Origin: Acidimicrobiia bacterium
Lineage (GTDB): Bacteria > Actinomycetota > Acidimicrobiia > Acidimicrobiales > Aldehydirespiratoraceae
DNA: 64,000 nucleotides
Direction: 5' to 3'
Assembly: GCA_022820805.1 (NCBI GenBank)
Contig: JAJEEV010000043.1
Span: 11,363 to 75,362 of the forward strand
Shown here: in pieces, positions 47,187 through 56,210 of the stretch
Position numbering within the stretch: position 1 is the stretch's first letter
Layout: the number at the start of each line of letters is the position of its first letter
Made by a program: the position numbers and the translations under genes
Notes under the pieces: generated by a model
Databases searched by the model: none
Told to the model about the DNA's origin: nothing
The model's input: only the letters and a program-made list of their open reading frames with translations

Positions 47187-48713
47187 GTGGGAAGGCGTGC
47201 GCTGCTGGTGGCGGCCGTGGTGGCTGCGCTCGTTCTGCAGGGCGCGCCGCTCGCGGTCGCCCAGGAACTGGCGTATCCGGGCGGATCCTTCTCCGATGAC
47301 AACGGCAGCGGTCACGAGGCCAACATCGAGGCCATAGCCGCAGCGGGCATCACCAGGGGGTGTCGTCTGGGTTCGGATCATTTCTGCGGTTCCGATCCGG
47401 TGTCTCGTGAGCAGATGGCGTCGTTCCTGGTGCGTGCGTTGGAGTTGCCGGCGGCGCAGGAGGACTATTTCGTCGACGACGATGGCAGCTTCCACGAACC
47501 CAGCATCAATGCGTTGCGTCTGGCCGGCATCACCAGGGGGTGTCGTCTGGGTTCGGATCATTTCTGCGGTTCCGATCCGGTGTCTCGTGAGCAGATGGCG
47601 TCGTTCCTGGCCCGGGCGCTGGGCCTCGAGCCGGTGGAGCCGCTGCCGGTCCCGTGGCGTCTCGAGCTCGTGGTCGACGGCGTGGTGGGCGGCACTACCG
47701 ACCTGCAGGCGCCGGCGGGGGACGATCGGCTGTTCCTGGTGCTCAAGGACGGCCTCATCCGGGTCATATCGGACGGTGCGTTCCTGCCCGAGCCCTTCCT
47801 GGACATCCAGGAGCTGGTCCGCAAGGACGCCTCTGAGCGGGGCCTGCTGGGAATGGCCTTCCATCCGGGCTACGCCGCCAACGGCAGGTTCTTCGTGTTC
47901 TACACCGACCTCGACGGCCACAGCCAGGTCGTTGAGTACAGGGTGCACGCCGAGGACCCGGACCGGGCCGATGCCGCCAGCGCCCGGGCCGTCATCACGT
48001 TCGAGCAGCGCCCGACATCGCCCACCCACAAGGGAGGCCAGCTCCAGTTCGGCGCCGACGGGTACCTCTACATCGCGGTGGGTGACGGGGGAGGTGCCGG
48101 CGACCCGTTCGGGCACGGCCAGAACCCGTTCACCGAGCTGGGGACCATCGTCCGGATCGATGTCGACCGCGGCGACCCCTACGCCGTGCCGGCCGGCAAC
48201 CCCTTCGCCGACGGCGTTGACGGCCTGCGGGAGATCTGGGCCTACGGCCTGCGCAACCCCTGGCGGTTCAGCTTCGACGACGGCCTGATCTACATCGGCG
48301 ATGTCGGCCAGACGGGATGGGAGGAGGTCAACATCGCCGACGCGGGCACGGGCGGGATCAACTACGGCTGGGCCACCATGGAGGGACCCGAGTGCCTCGG
48401 ATCCTCATCCTGCGACACGACCGGACTGTTCACGCCGCAGGTGTCCTACCCCCGCGGCAACGGGGTGTCGGTGATCGGCGGCTACGTCTACCGGGGATCG
48501 GCCATCCCCGAGATGGTCGGCCGGTACTTCTACTCCGACTTCCGCAGCGACTGGATCCGCACGTTCCGCTACGACGGCGCCGTGAGCGAGCACTACGACT
48601 GGTCGCGTGCCGTGGAGCGGCCGAGGTTCATATGGTCCTTCGGGGTGGACGGCCACGGCGAGCTGTACGTGCTGGGCCGTTGGGAGGTGTGGAAGGTGGT
48701 GCCCAACTCCTGA
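47187..48713 (+). CDS. secreted PQQ-dependent sugar dehydrogenase-like beta-propeller (sorbosone/glucose dehydrogenase family) with two N-terminal SLH-like repeats
   Basis: ORF 47187..48713. It has a signal peptide, two repeats of F.DD.GS.HE..I.A...AGITRGCRLGSDHFCGSDPVSREQMASFL.RAL, then GLLGMAFHP, GGQLQFG.DGYLYI..GDGG and GLRNPWRFSFD. Confidence 0.75.
   Translation: MGRRALLVAAVVAALVLQGAPLAVAQELAYPGGSFSDDNGSGHEANIEAIAAAGITRGCRLGSDHFCGSDPVSREQMASFLVRALELPAAQEDYFVDDDGSFHEPSINALRLAGITRGCRLGSDHFCGSDPVSREQMASFLARALGLEPVEPLPVPWRLELVVDGVVGGTTDLQAPAGDDRLFLVLKDGLIRVISDGAFLPEPFLDIQELVRKDASERGLLGMAFHPGYAANGRFFVFYTDLDGHSQVVEYRVHAEDPDRADAASARAVITFEQRPTSPTHKGGQLQFGADGYLYIAVGDGGGAGDPFGHGQNPFTELGTIVRIDVDRGDPYAVPAGNPFADGVDGLREIWAYGLRNPWRFSFDDGLIYIGDVGQTGWEEVNIADAGTGGINYGWATMEGPECLGSSSCDTTGLFTPQVSYPRGNGVSVIGGYVYRGSAIPEMVGRYFYSDFRSDWIRTFRYDGAVSEHYDWSRAVERPRFIWSFGVDGHGELYVLGRWEVWKVVPNS
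47346..47610 (+). repeat. 85-bp perfect direct repeat (47346-47430 and 47526-47610) inside the two SLH-like modules
   Basis: The two stretches are identical letter for letter. Sequence on both sides of them has diverged. Confidence 0.9.
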
Positions 48714-48716
48714 GGG

Positions 48717-49430
48717 TCAGCCGCCCCTGAGCGTCAGCACGTAGTCCGCCACCGCCTCGATCTCCTCCCGGGTGAGTCCGGGAGGCTTCGGCTCGAAGTC
48801 CCATCCGTCCATGTCGGTGCCGGCCACGCCGAAGCGGATCACCTCGATGACGGCGTCCCGCTCGAGCGTCGACGCCTGGAGGTCGGCACCGGTGCCGTCG
48901 CCGTCGCCGCGGTGGCAGGAGTCGCAGGTTGCGTCGAGAAAGACGGCGAACCCGTCGATCGAGGGCTCCGGCGCCGCGGTGGTCGGCGCCGCGGTGGTCG
49001 GCGCTGCCGTAGTCGGGGCAGCGGTAGTGGTGGGCTCGGTTCCGTCAGCAGATGTCGGAGCCGCGGTGGTAGTAGGGGTGGGCTCAGCGGGAGCCTCGGA
49101 TGCCGGTGCCGCGGTGTCGGTGACCTCGGCCCCGTCAGCAGGACCGGTCGGTGCTGCGGTGGTGGGCGCTGCGGTGTCGGTGGTCGGGGCTGCGCTCTCG
49201 GGTGTGGCGCCGTTTGAGCCCGCCGCATCGCCGGCGAGTGCTTCGGTGGTCGTGACGGTGACGTCGTCGGCGGGCGCGGGTTCGGGTGCGGCACCGTCAG
49301 CCGATGGTGCCGGAGCGACCGCGGTCGCGGTTGTCCCGCCGCCGAGGCTGTCGTCGGCGGCACAACCGACCATCAGGAGGGCCGACACGAGCAGGAGTCT
49401 GACGGGGTGCATGGTGAGTGACGCGGTCAT
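48717..49430 (-). CDS. lipoprotein c-type cytochrome with Thr/Ala/Pro-rich linker
   Basis: Within ORF 48717..49472. It has a lipobox LLMVGC, a long TTAAP-type linker, the heme motif CDSCH and a distal Met region GTDMDGW. The start is ATG 49430 or 49412. Confidence 0.7.
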   Translation of the reverse strand: MTASLTMHPVRLLLVSALLMVGCAADDSLGGGTTATAVAPAPSADGAAPEPAPADDVTVTTTEALAGDAAGSNGATPESAAPTTDTAAPTTAAPTGPADGAEVTDTAAPASEAPAEPTPTTTAAPTSADGTEPTTTAAPTTAAPTTAAPTTAAPEPSIDGFAVFLDATCDSCHRGDGDGTGADLQASTLERDAVIEVIRFGVAGTDMDGWDFEPKPPGLTREEIEAVADYVLTLRGG

Positions 49431-49513
49431 CACCGTAGTTCCAGCCCCGAACAGCCAGACACTATGGGGCATCCCAACGGAGCGACCGCGGTCGCCAATT
49501 CGAGAGTCACTAG

Positions 49514-49542
49514 TTGACAGTCATCTAGGCAATGTGTAGATT
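49514..49542 (+). promoter_or_regulatory. sigma-70-type promoter candidate for the substrate-binding protein gene
   Basis: TTGACA (49514-49519), exactly 17 nt of spacer, then TAGATT (49537-49542). It lies about 60 nt upstream of ATG 49601, which has GGAGGAG. Confidence 0.55.
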
Positions 49543-49600
49543 CGTCCCGCCGGGCGGTTGCTCGGTGACGCAACCGACACGAACAGACCTTGGAGGAGCC

Positions 49601-50821
49601 ATGAGCTGTGCTGGGAATGCGACCGATGGAAGGCGGAAGCGAGGCAGGGGGGCAGGCTTGGCGTTGTCGGTTCTTGTGCTGATGGCGCTCCTGGCTGCCG
49701 CGTGCGGCGGTGACGACGATGACAGCAGCGCCCCTCAGCCTGCAGTCGCGGAGCCTGCCGTCGCGGAGCCGGAGGCTGAGGAGCCTGCCGCTGAGGAGCC
49801 TGCGGTCGAAGAGCCGGAGGCTGAGGAGCCTGCGGTCGCGGAGCCTGCCGTCGCGGAGCCGGAGGCTGAGGAGCCTGCCGCTGAGGAGCCTGCGGTCGAG
49901 GAGCCGGCCGAGCTCACCGAGGTCAACTACCAACTCGGCTGGTTGGCCGACAACGGTGTCCTCGGCGAGGTCGTCGCCAAGAGGATGGGCTGGTACGGGG
50001 AAGAGGGGATCGAGCTCAAGATCGATCCCGGTGGTCCGAGCATCGACGGGGTCGCACAGGTGGCCTCCGGGCGGGCAACGATCGGTCAGCTGTCCTCGAG
50101 TCCGTCGGCGATGCTGGCCGTCTCCCAGGGCATTCCCCTCCAGGTGTTCGCGGTCGGAACCCCCGAGCACCCGTACGCCTTCTTCGCCAAGGGTGACACG
50201 CCGCTTGATTCGCCCGACGACATGCGCGGCCTGGTCGTCGGCGTCCAAGCCACGGGCGTGATACTGGTCGAAGCCCTGCTCGCGGCCAACGACATGACCC
50301 GCGACGACCTGGGAAGCCTGGAGACCGTTGGCGGCGACATCACGCCTCTGCTGACGGACCAGGTCGACGTGTTCACCGGCTGGGTCACCAATGTGGGCCA
50401 ACTGAGCCAGGTGCCTGATCGCAACACTCTGCGGCTGTGGGACGCCGGCGTGCCGCTCTACGCACACATCTACTACGCGTCCACCGACACCATCGCGAAC
50501 AATCCTGAGATCCTGGAAGGCTGGCTCCGTGCCACCGCCCGGGGATGGGCGTTCGCGGCGGCCAACCCCGAGGAGGCGGTGCAGTTGCTGATCGACGAGT
50601 ACCCGGACTTGGAGTTCGACTCCCAGCTGGCCGGGGCTCAGATCCTTCTGGGAATCAAGGAGAACGCCGGTGTCGACGCGCTGGGCGGCTTCGGCTGGTT
50701 CGACCTCGACGTCTGGCAGTCGCAGATCGACCGGTGGGATGCCCTGGGCCAGTTCGACGCCGAGGCTCCGGCACTCGAGGATGTGGTCACGACCGCGATC
50801 CTCGAGGCCGCAAGCTCCTAG
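49601..50821 (+). CDS. ABC transporter substrate-binding lipoprotein, NMT1/THI5-like (NitT/TauT family)
   Basis: Within ORF 49532..50821. It has a lipobox LLAAACGG and an acidic repeat linker, then VNYQLGWLADNG...GIELKIDPGGP, typical of the sulfonate/nitrate/HMP-type SBP fold. Confidence 0.8.
   Translation: MSCAGNATDGRRKRGRGAGLALSVLVLMALLAAACGGDDDDSSAPQPAVAEPAVAEPEAEEPAAEEPAVEEPEAEEPAVAEPAVAEPEAEEPAAEEPAVEEPAELTEVNYQLGWLADNGVLGEVVAKRMGWYGEEGIELKIDPGGPSIDGVAQVASGRATIGQLSSSPSAMLAVSQGIPLQVFAVGTPEHPYAFFAKGDTPLDSPDDMRGLVVGVQATGVILVEALLAANDMTRDDLGSLETVGGDITPLLTDQVDVFTGWVTNVGQLSQVPDRNTLRLWDAGVPLYAHIYYASTDTIANNPEILEGWLRATARGWAFAAANPEEAVQLLIDEYPDLEFDSQLAGAQILLGIKENAGVDALGGFGWFDLDVWQSQIDRWDALGQFDAEAPALEDVVTTAILEAASS
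49739..49906 (+). repeat. 90-bp tandem repeat (about 1.9 units) encoding the PAVAEPAVAEPEAEEPAAEEPAVEEPEAEE linker
   Basis: The unit starts at 49739 and again at 49829, with only a few substitutions. Confidence 0.85.
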
Positions 50822-50967
50822 GCGTTCACAGCCCGAGCCGTCAGCGCCCGCCGCTCCGATGGCGGCGCTGCGGCTCGTGGGCCGAGCACCGTCGGTGCCG
50901 CATGGCCCGACCCTAGAGTGATCGTCGGACCAGCCGTCCGTCACCCATCGGGAGCGATTGTCAGCGC

Positions 50968-51723
50968 ATGGACGACACACGAGTCAGCAAGCCAGCCTCG
51001 CGCACCTCGCAGCTCGCGGACCGGGTGCTGGAGGCGATTCGATCAGGGGAGTACCAGTCCGGCGACCAACTGCCCACCGAGCATGCCCTGGCGGAGCGCT
51101 ACGGCGTCAGCCGGGCGAGTGCTCGGGCCGCTCTCGGAATGCTGGCGGACAGGGGATTCGTCTACCGGCTCCACGGGCACGGGACCTTCGTAAGCCGCCG
51201 GTCGGCCAGGGTTCATACGCTGAACGAGGCGGTCAGCTTCGGCACGATGCTGGCTGCCCAGGGACTCGAGTACGAGGTCCGGGTCCATGACGCGGCCGTC
51301 GTCCGCGCCGGCCTGGAGGTTGCCAGCGCCCTCGACCTGGAGTCCCCGGACGCGCCGGTGCTGAGGTTCCGCAAGTCGTTCCTGGTCGGATCGGAGGCAT
51401 ACATGCACAATGTGAATTCCGTCCCGCTGGCTGTAATCGGTGCCGATGCTGCCGAGCGAGCCTGCGAGGACCATTCGGTACTCGATCCGCTCGACTCCCT
51501 CATCGACTCCAATTCGGCCGCGCCGACCGCCTACGTGCTCTCAACCCTCGAGCCGGTGTCCGCCCCTCTCGGCGACTACGAGGAACTGCCCGTCGACGAC
51601 GGCACGCCGTTCATCAAGGTGACCGAGGTCGGGTGGACGGAGAAGGACCGTCCCATCTGGTACTCGATCGAGTTCCACTCCGCGAGCCCGCTGGTCATGC
51701 AGGTCATGCGGGTCAAGTACTAG
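50968..51723 (+). CDS. GntR-family transcriptional regulator, HutC subfamily (UTRA effector domain)
   Basis: ORF 50968..51723. The winged helix is LPTEHALAERYGVSRASARAALGMLADRGFVYRLHGHGTFV. The C-terminal region is UTRA-like. Confidence 0.85.
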   Translation: MDDTRVSKPASRTSQLADRVLEAIRSGEYQSGDQLPTEHALAERYGVSRASARAALGMLADRGFVYRLHGHGTFVSRRSARVHTLNEAVSFGTMLAAQGLEYEVRVHDAAVVRAGLEVASALDLESPDAPVLRFRKSFLVGSEAYMHNVNSVPLAVIGADAAERACEDHSVLDPLDSLIDSNSAAPTAYVLSTLEPVSAPLGDYEELPVDDGTPFIKVTEVGWTEKDRPIWYSIEFHSASPLVMQVMRVKY

Positions 51724-51767
51724 GCAACAAGTACCAGGCAGGAGCCTCGCCTGGCGCCGCCCCGCGG

Positions 51768-52076
51768 TCACGGCCGCGGGGCCGCGGCAACCGCGGGGTG
51801 ATCCTCCACCCTCCGCGCCGATCCGCGGTCGGCTTCAACCAGTCCGGCGGTGGCCTCGCGGTTGATGGCAAGGAACTCCTGCTCGGAGGACGGCACCCAG
51901 CGCGCCTTGTAGATGGCCTCGACCGGGCAGAGGCTCTCGCAGGCTCCGCAGTCCACGCAGGTGACCGGGTCGATATAGAACATGCGCTCGGCCGGATGGA
52001 TGCAGTCGACGGGACACGCCGTCAGGCAGGCGCCGTCGACGCAATCGATGCAGGGCGACGTGATCACGTAGGTCAC
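51768..52076 (-). CDS. ferredoxin (7Fe-type, [3Fe-4S][4Fe-4S])
   Basis: ORF 51768..52076 (GTG start). Key residues: TYVITSPCIDCVDGACLTACPVDCI and CVDCGACESLCP. Confidence 0.88.
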   Translation of the reverse strand: MTYVITSPCIDCVDGACLTACPVDCIHPAERMFYIDPVTCVDCGACESLCPVEAIYKARWVPSSEQEFLAINREATAGLVEADRGSARRVEDHPAVAAAPRP

Positions 52077-52079
52077 CGC

Positions 52080-52853
52080 TCACATCCCCGACCATTGCGG
52101 ACGGCGCTTCTCCCGGAACGCCGCGGGACCCTCCAGCGCGTCGGACGAGGCCATCTGCGCTCGGACCTCCGGCAGATCCGCCTGATTCGCTTCACGGGCG
52201 GGCAGATGCTGTGTCTGGTTGATCAGCGCCTTGATGGCCGCCAGTGACACCGGCGAGCACGACAGCAGGGCGTCGACCCACCGTGCTACTGCGGCATCGA
52301 GCCCGTCCCGAGGCACCACTTCGTTGACGAAGCCCATCCTGAGGGCCTCGGCCGCGTCGAACATGCCGCCGGTCAGCAGCAGCTCCATGGCGTGCTTGCG
52401 CGAGACGTGCCGGACGGCGTTGACGATGCCCCCGTCGATCGGCAGGCGCCCCACTCGGGGCTCCACCAAGCCGACTCGCGCGTCCTCGGCCGCGACCGCG
52501 AGGTCGCAGCCGAGGACCATCTCGAACCCGCCGCCCACCGCAACACCGTTGACCCGGGCGATGACCGGCTTGGTCAGCGACGTCCGCAGCGCCAGCCCGC
52601 CGAAACCGTCCGGGTCGCGTGACGCCCAGTAGTCGTGCCCGTCGGGCTGGGGCTCGTGAATGTCCGCGCCGGCGCAGAAGGCCTGCTCGCCGGCGCCGGT
52701 CAGCACCACGACCCAGACCCGGGGATCGGCTTCAGCCGTCCGCCAGGCATCGACCAGCTGGGAGTGGTGCCCGCTGTCGATGGCGTTGCGGCGGTCTGGG
52801 CGGTTGATGGTGACCTTGGCCACGTGCCCGGAGATGTCGATGTCGATGGTCAT
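52080..52853 (-). CDS. enoyl-CoA hydratase/isomerase (crotonase) family protein
   Basis: C-terminal 257 aa of ORF 52080..53078. Key residues: INRPDRRNA, FCAGADI, VNGVAVGGGFEMVLGCD. ATG 52853 overlaps the upstream stop (ATGA). Confidence 0.88.
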   Translation of the reverse strand: MTIDIDISGHVAKVTINRPDRRNAIDSGHHSQLVDAWRTAEADPRVWVVVLTGAGEQAFCAGADIHEPQPDGHDYWASRDPDGFGGLALRTSLTKPVIARVNGVAVGGGFEMVLGCDLAVAAEDARVGLVEPRVGRLPIDGGIVNAVRHVSRKHAMELLLTGGMFDAAEALRMGFVNEVVPRDGLDAAVARWVDALLSCSPVSLAAIKALINQTQHLPAREANQADLPEVRAQMASSDALEGPAAFREKRRPQWSGM

Positions 52854-54004
52854 GAGCCGCTCGCCCCGCCCGCCGTGTCGAGCAGGTCGCGAAGCCACTG
52901 GTTGCCGGCGCCCAGGAGCGGGGCAGTTTGTCCCACTCTGGCCGGGGTCTCCGAGAGGTGGATCGGGGAGCCGATGTGCCGTTCGGTCCGCACGCCGGCG
53001 GGATCGCTCACGTCGATGATCATCGGCGCCGAGTGGTCGTCGGCGAGGGCCTCTCCAAGCGATCGGACCGGCGCGCACAGTATGTCCACCGACTCGAGTC
53101 GGGAGATGTTGCCCTCGACCGTGTGTCGAGCGGTGGCCGCCTCGATCATCGCGTGCAGGGAGTGCTTGTTGGCCTGCCGCGACTCCCCGTCCCGGAACTC
53201 GTCGAGCATCGACAGGTCCTCGATGTCCAGCGCGATGCAGATGTCTCGGAGCGGGTTCTCCCTGAAGGCGCCGACGATCACGAGTTGACCGTCCGATGCC
53301 CCGAACACGCCGGTGAGCGGTAGTGACGCCCAGTTCAGCTCGGGGGCACCGGCAAGCTCCATCGCGGCTTCCTGGTGCTGGAGAGCGACCATCGAGTCGT
53401 AGAGCGAGACCTCGACCCTCTGGCCCAGTCCCGTGCGATCCCGGGCCATGAGGGCGAGCAGGATCCCCTGGGCGAGGTGCATGGCGGCGCCGTAGTCGGC
53501 GATGGACGTCGGATAGATCGCAGTGGGGTGGGTTGCGTCCGCCTTCCGGAGCATGACGCCGGTGTAGGCCTGCGCCAGGATGTCCTGGCCGCCCTTGTGC
53601 CTGTACTTGCCTGTGGGGCCGAAGCCGGTGGCCTCGGCATAGATGATGCGGGGATTGACCGACCTGACGCTCTCATAGCCGAGGCCGAGGCGCTCCATCA
53701 CCCCGGGCCGGAAGTTGTTCACGATGACGTCGGAGACTTCGACGAGTCGCCGGAGCGATTCGGCGTCGTCTTCGGATCGCGGGTCCAGTTCGACGCTTGT
53801 CTTGTTGCGGTTGACGCTGGCGAACGCGGCGTTGTTGGTTCCGGGCTCGTGGGGGAGGGATCTCCGGAAGATGTCGCCGATCCCGGGCCGTTCGACCTTG
53901 ATGACCTCAGCGCCGTAGTCGCCCAGTATCTGGGTGGCCGCCGCGCCCATTATCACCTGTGTGAAGTCGAGGACCCTGACGCCGTCGAGCGGGAGCGCCG
54001 TCAT
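52850..54004 (-). CDS. family III CoA-transferase (CaiB/BaiF/Frc-like)
   Basis: ORF 52850..54004. Key residues: LDGVRVLDFTQVIMGAAATQILGDYGAEVIKVE, NFRPGVMERLGLGY. Confidence 0.88.
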   Translation of the reverse strand: MTALPLDGVRVLDFTQVIMGAAATQILGDYGAEVIKVERPGIGDIFRRSLPHEPGTNNAAFASVNRNKTSVELDPRSEDDAESLRRLVEVSDVIVNNFRPGVMERLGLGYESVRSVNPRIIYAEATGFGPTGKYRHKGGQDILAQAYTGVMLRKADATHPTAIYPTSIADYGAAMHLAQGILLALMARDRTGLGQRVEVSLYDSMVALQHQEAAMELAGAPELNWASLPLTGVFGASDGQLVIVGAFRENPLRDICIALDIEDLSMLDEFRDGESRQANKHSLHAMIEAATARHTVEGNISRLESVDILCAPVRSLGEALADDHSAPMIIDVSDPAGVRTERHIGSPIHLSETPARVGQTAPLLGAGNQWLRDLLDTAGGASGS

Positions 54005-55401
54005 GGTGTCGTCACCAGGGCGGTGCCGTCGATCGTCGCCCTCGGCGACGGGATGTCACCGGGATCGGCACCCTGTGAGCGGAGCTTCCCCTGAAGGGTG
54101 GCGACGTCGATGTCTCGCAGGTCGGTCGCGGTGTCGACGGCCATGGCCGCGGCGACGCCGGCCGCTTCGCCCATCGCCATGCAAGGCGGGATCTCGCGGC
54201 TCAGCTTCTGGGCGTCAGGCTCGACCGAGTAGTGCCGGCCGGCGACCAGGAGCCCGTGTGTGTCCTGGGGCAGCAGCGCGCGGTAGGGCGTGTAGTAGCC
54301 GCGGCCCCGGGCGATGCTGTCGCGGAAGTGGCGTCGCTTGACGACGTCGTCCTTCGTGACCACATAGTCCCCGCGGATGAGCCGTGTCTGGCGCACCCCG
54401 AGCTGCGGCGCGACGTCGACCAGCACGGCGTGCTCGAATCCGGGAATCCGTTGCCGGGCGAACTCGAGCAGCTCCGCGACCCGGCGCCTGCCCTCGTCGT
54501 TGGCCGCGGTCTGATCGAGGGGGGTCAGGCCGTCGTAGCCGGTCATGTGCGGCGCGTTGCACCAGACGATTCCCGGCAGCGGGGTCAGCAACCACCAGTG
54601 CTCCCATGCTCCGCCGAGGATTCGCTTGGCTTCCCGGTCGAGTTCATAGGCGGCCCGGGGCTCCTGCCGGTCGAAGGCCATGGCGGTGTCGGTGTCGACG
54701 TTACCGAGCCGGAACACGGTCGTGACGAGGTAGGACCCCTGCACGAACGGCGCGCCGGCGGTGAAGGCCACGTCGGCGTCGCCGCTGCAGTCGATGACGG
54801 TCTCGGCGAGGAGGGCCTCGGGGCCGGTCTTGGTGTGGCAGACCACCCCGCTGATCCGGTTGCCCTCCATGATGGGCGAATGGAACGGCGAGTGCAGCCG
54901 GAGCGAGACGCCGCTCTCGGTGATCATGTCGTGTGCCGCGGTCTTCCAGCCCTCCGGGTCGAAGGCGACGCTGTAGACGATGGGCTTGATCTCTCCGGGC
55001 TGGTGGAAGTCGATCGCTCCCCACCGACGCCACTTCTCCCAGGCGGCCTCGCTGAGGACACGGTCCTCGGGCGGCGGATAGACGGCCAGGCCCATGGCCT
55101 CGAGGCGGTCGATCATCTCTTGCGCGATGCCGCGGACGGTGATCTCGTCCTCGTCCACGATGTCGTCGAGGACCAGCACCATGCCGCCTGCAGCCATGCC
55201 GCCGAGGTGGGGGTACCGCTCCACGAGCGTCACGGACGCTCCGTTGCGGGCGGCGGCCACCGCGGCCGACATGCCTGCCGGACCCCCGCCCACGACGACG
55301 ACGTCGCACTCTGCGGCCACTGGCGCAGACGTGGCCTCTATGGGAATGGTTGCAGCTTGCATTGGATCCTTTTCCGCCTGTGGGACATCATCGGAGTTCA
55401 T
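54001..55401 (-). CDS. FAD-dependent oxidoreductase (FAD_oxidored/GIDA-like family)
   Basis: Within ORF 54001..55413. ATG 55401 overlaps the permease stop (ATGA). Dinucleotide fold: DVVVVGGGPAGMSAAVAAARNG. Confidence 0.75.
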   Translation of the reverse strand: MNSDDVPQAEKDPMQAATIPIEATSAPVAAECDVVVVGGGPAGMSAAVAAARNGASVTLVERYPHLGGMAAGGMVLVLDDIVDEDEITVRGIAQEMIDRLEAMGLAVYPPPEDRVLSEAAWEKWRRWGAIDFHQPGEIKPIVYSVAFDPEGWKTAAHDMITESGVSLRLHSPFHSPIMEGNRISGVVCHTKTGPEALLAETVIDCSGDADVAFTAGAPFVQGSYLVTTVFRLGNVDTDTAMAFDRQEPRAAYELDREAKRILGGAWEHWWLLTPLPGIVWCNAPHMTGYDGLTPLDQTAANDEGRRRVAELLEFARQRIPGFEHAVLVDVAPQLGVRQTRLIRGDYVVTKDDVVKRRHFRDSIARGRGYYTPYRALLPQDTHGLLVAGRHYSVEPDAQKLSREIPPCMAMGEAAGVAAAMAVDTATDLRDIDVATLQGKLRSQGADPGDIPSPRATIDGTALVTTP

Positions 55402-56210
55402 TCGGGTTGCCACCGCACGACGATGCGTTCAAGCAGAGCAATCGCCGCAAACAGAACGAGGGCCAGAATCGACGCGAAGATCATGGTCGCGTACAGCAGG
55501 GAAGTCCTGAAGTTGAACGTCGCGAGGATGATGAGGGCTCCGAGTCCTTCGTCCGACCCGATCCACTCCGCGACCACCGCCCCGATGACCGATGCGGTCG
55601 AAGCGATCTTCAACGATGCGAAGAGGAACGGCAGGGACTTGTAGATCCTCAGCTTCCAGAAGACTTCCCACTTGCTCGCCGACAGCACCCGGAACAGCTC
55701 GACGGACTGGGAGTCCACCGACTGCAGCCCCTCCACCATGTTCACGAGGGTCGGGAAGAACGAGATCAGGGCGGCGATCACGATCTTGGGGGCCAAGCCG
55801 TTGCCGAGCATAAGGACGAGTACGGGCGCGATGGCCACGACCGGAATCGTGCGAATCACGATCACTATGGGCAGGAACATGCGCTCCAGGATCCGGCTGT
55901 GAACGAAGACGATCGCCAGGAAGATGGCTCCCAGAGAACCGATCAGGAAGCCGCCTATGCTCTCGATGGCGGTCGGCTTGGTATTGCTCCATAGAGTGTC
56001 GAAGTCGGTGCGCAGGGACTCCCACACATCACCGGGCGGCGGAACGACATAGTTCGGGACGTCTCGGACAGTGATGATCGATTGCCAGACGGCGATGGTG
56101 ACCACAAAGCCGAGGACCACCCAGAAAACCGTCCGCACGTGGGTCTGCCACGGTGGGCGCGGCGGGCGGCGCGGCACGCCGTCACCGTCGGCGATTGCCT
56201 CACGCCTCAT
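55398..56210 (-). CDS. ABC importer permease (NitT/TauT family)
   Basis: ORF 55398..56210. It has six TM segments and an EAA-like loop (SASKWEVFWKLRIYKSLP). ATG 56210 overlaps the ATPase stop (ATGA). Confidence 0.85.
   Translation of the reverse strand: MRREAIADGDGVPRRPPRPPWQTHVRTVFWVVLGFVVTIAVWQSIITVRDVPNYVVPPPGDVWESLRTDFDTLWSNTKPTAIESIGGFLIGSLGAIFLAIVFVHSRILERMFLPIVIVIRTIPVVAIAPVLVLMLGNGLAPKIVIAALISFFPTLVNMVEGLQSVDSQSVELFRVLSASKWEVFWKLRIYKSLPFLFASLKIASTASVIGAVVAEWIGSDEGLGALIILATFNFRTSLLYATMIFASILALVLFAAIALLERIVVRWQPE

Noticed and set aside
49543-49600. TPP riboswitch upstream of the NMT1/THI5-like SBP
   Set aside because: There is no CUGAGA or ACCUGAUCUGGAUAAUGCCAGCG-like blocks. The leader is only about 55 nt, with one simple hairpin (GGTTGC-N8-GCAACC, 49556-49575).
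50875-50915. Possible sixth, degenerate copy of the element upstream of the GntR gene (GGGCCGAGCACCGTCGGTGCCGCATGGCCCGACCCTAGAG)
   Set aside because: Only short words (GGCCGAGC, TGGCCCGA) match, and the conserved core is absent. Similarity at this level is expected by chance in GC-rich DNA.
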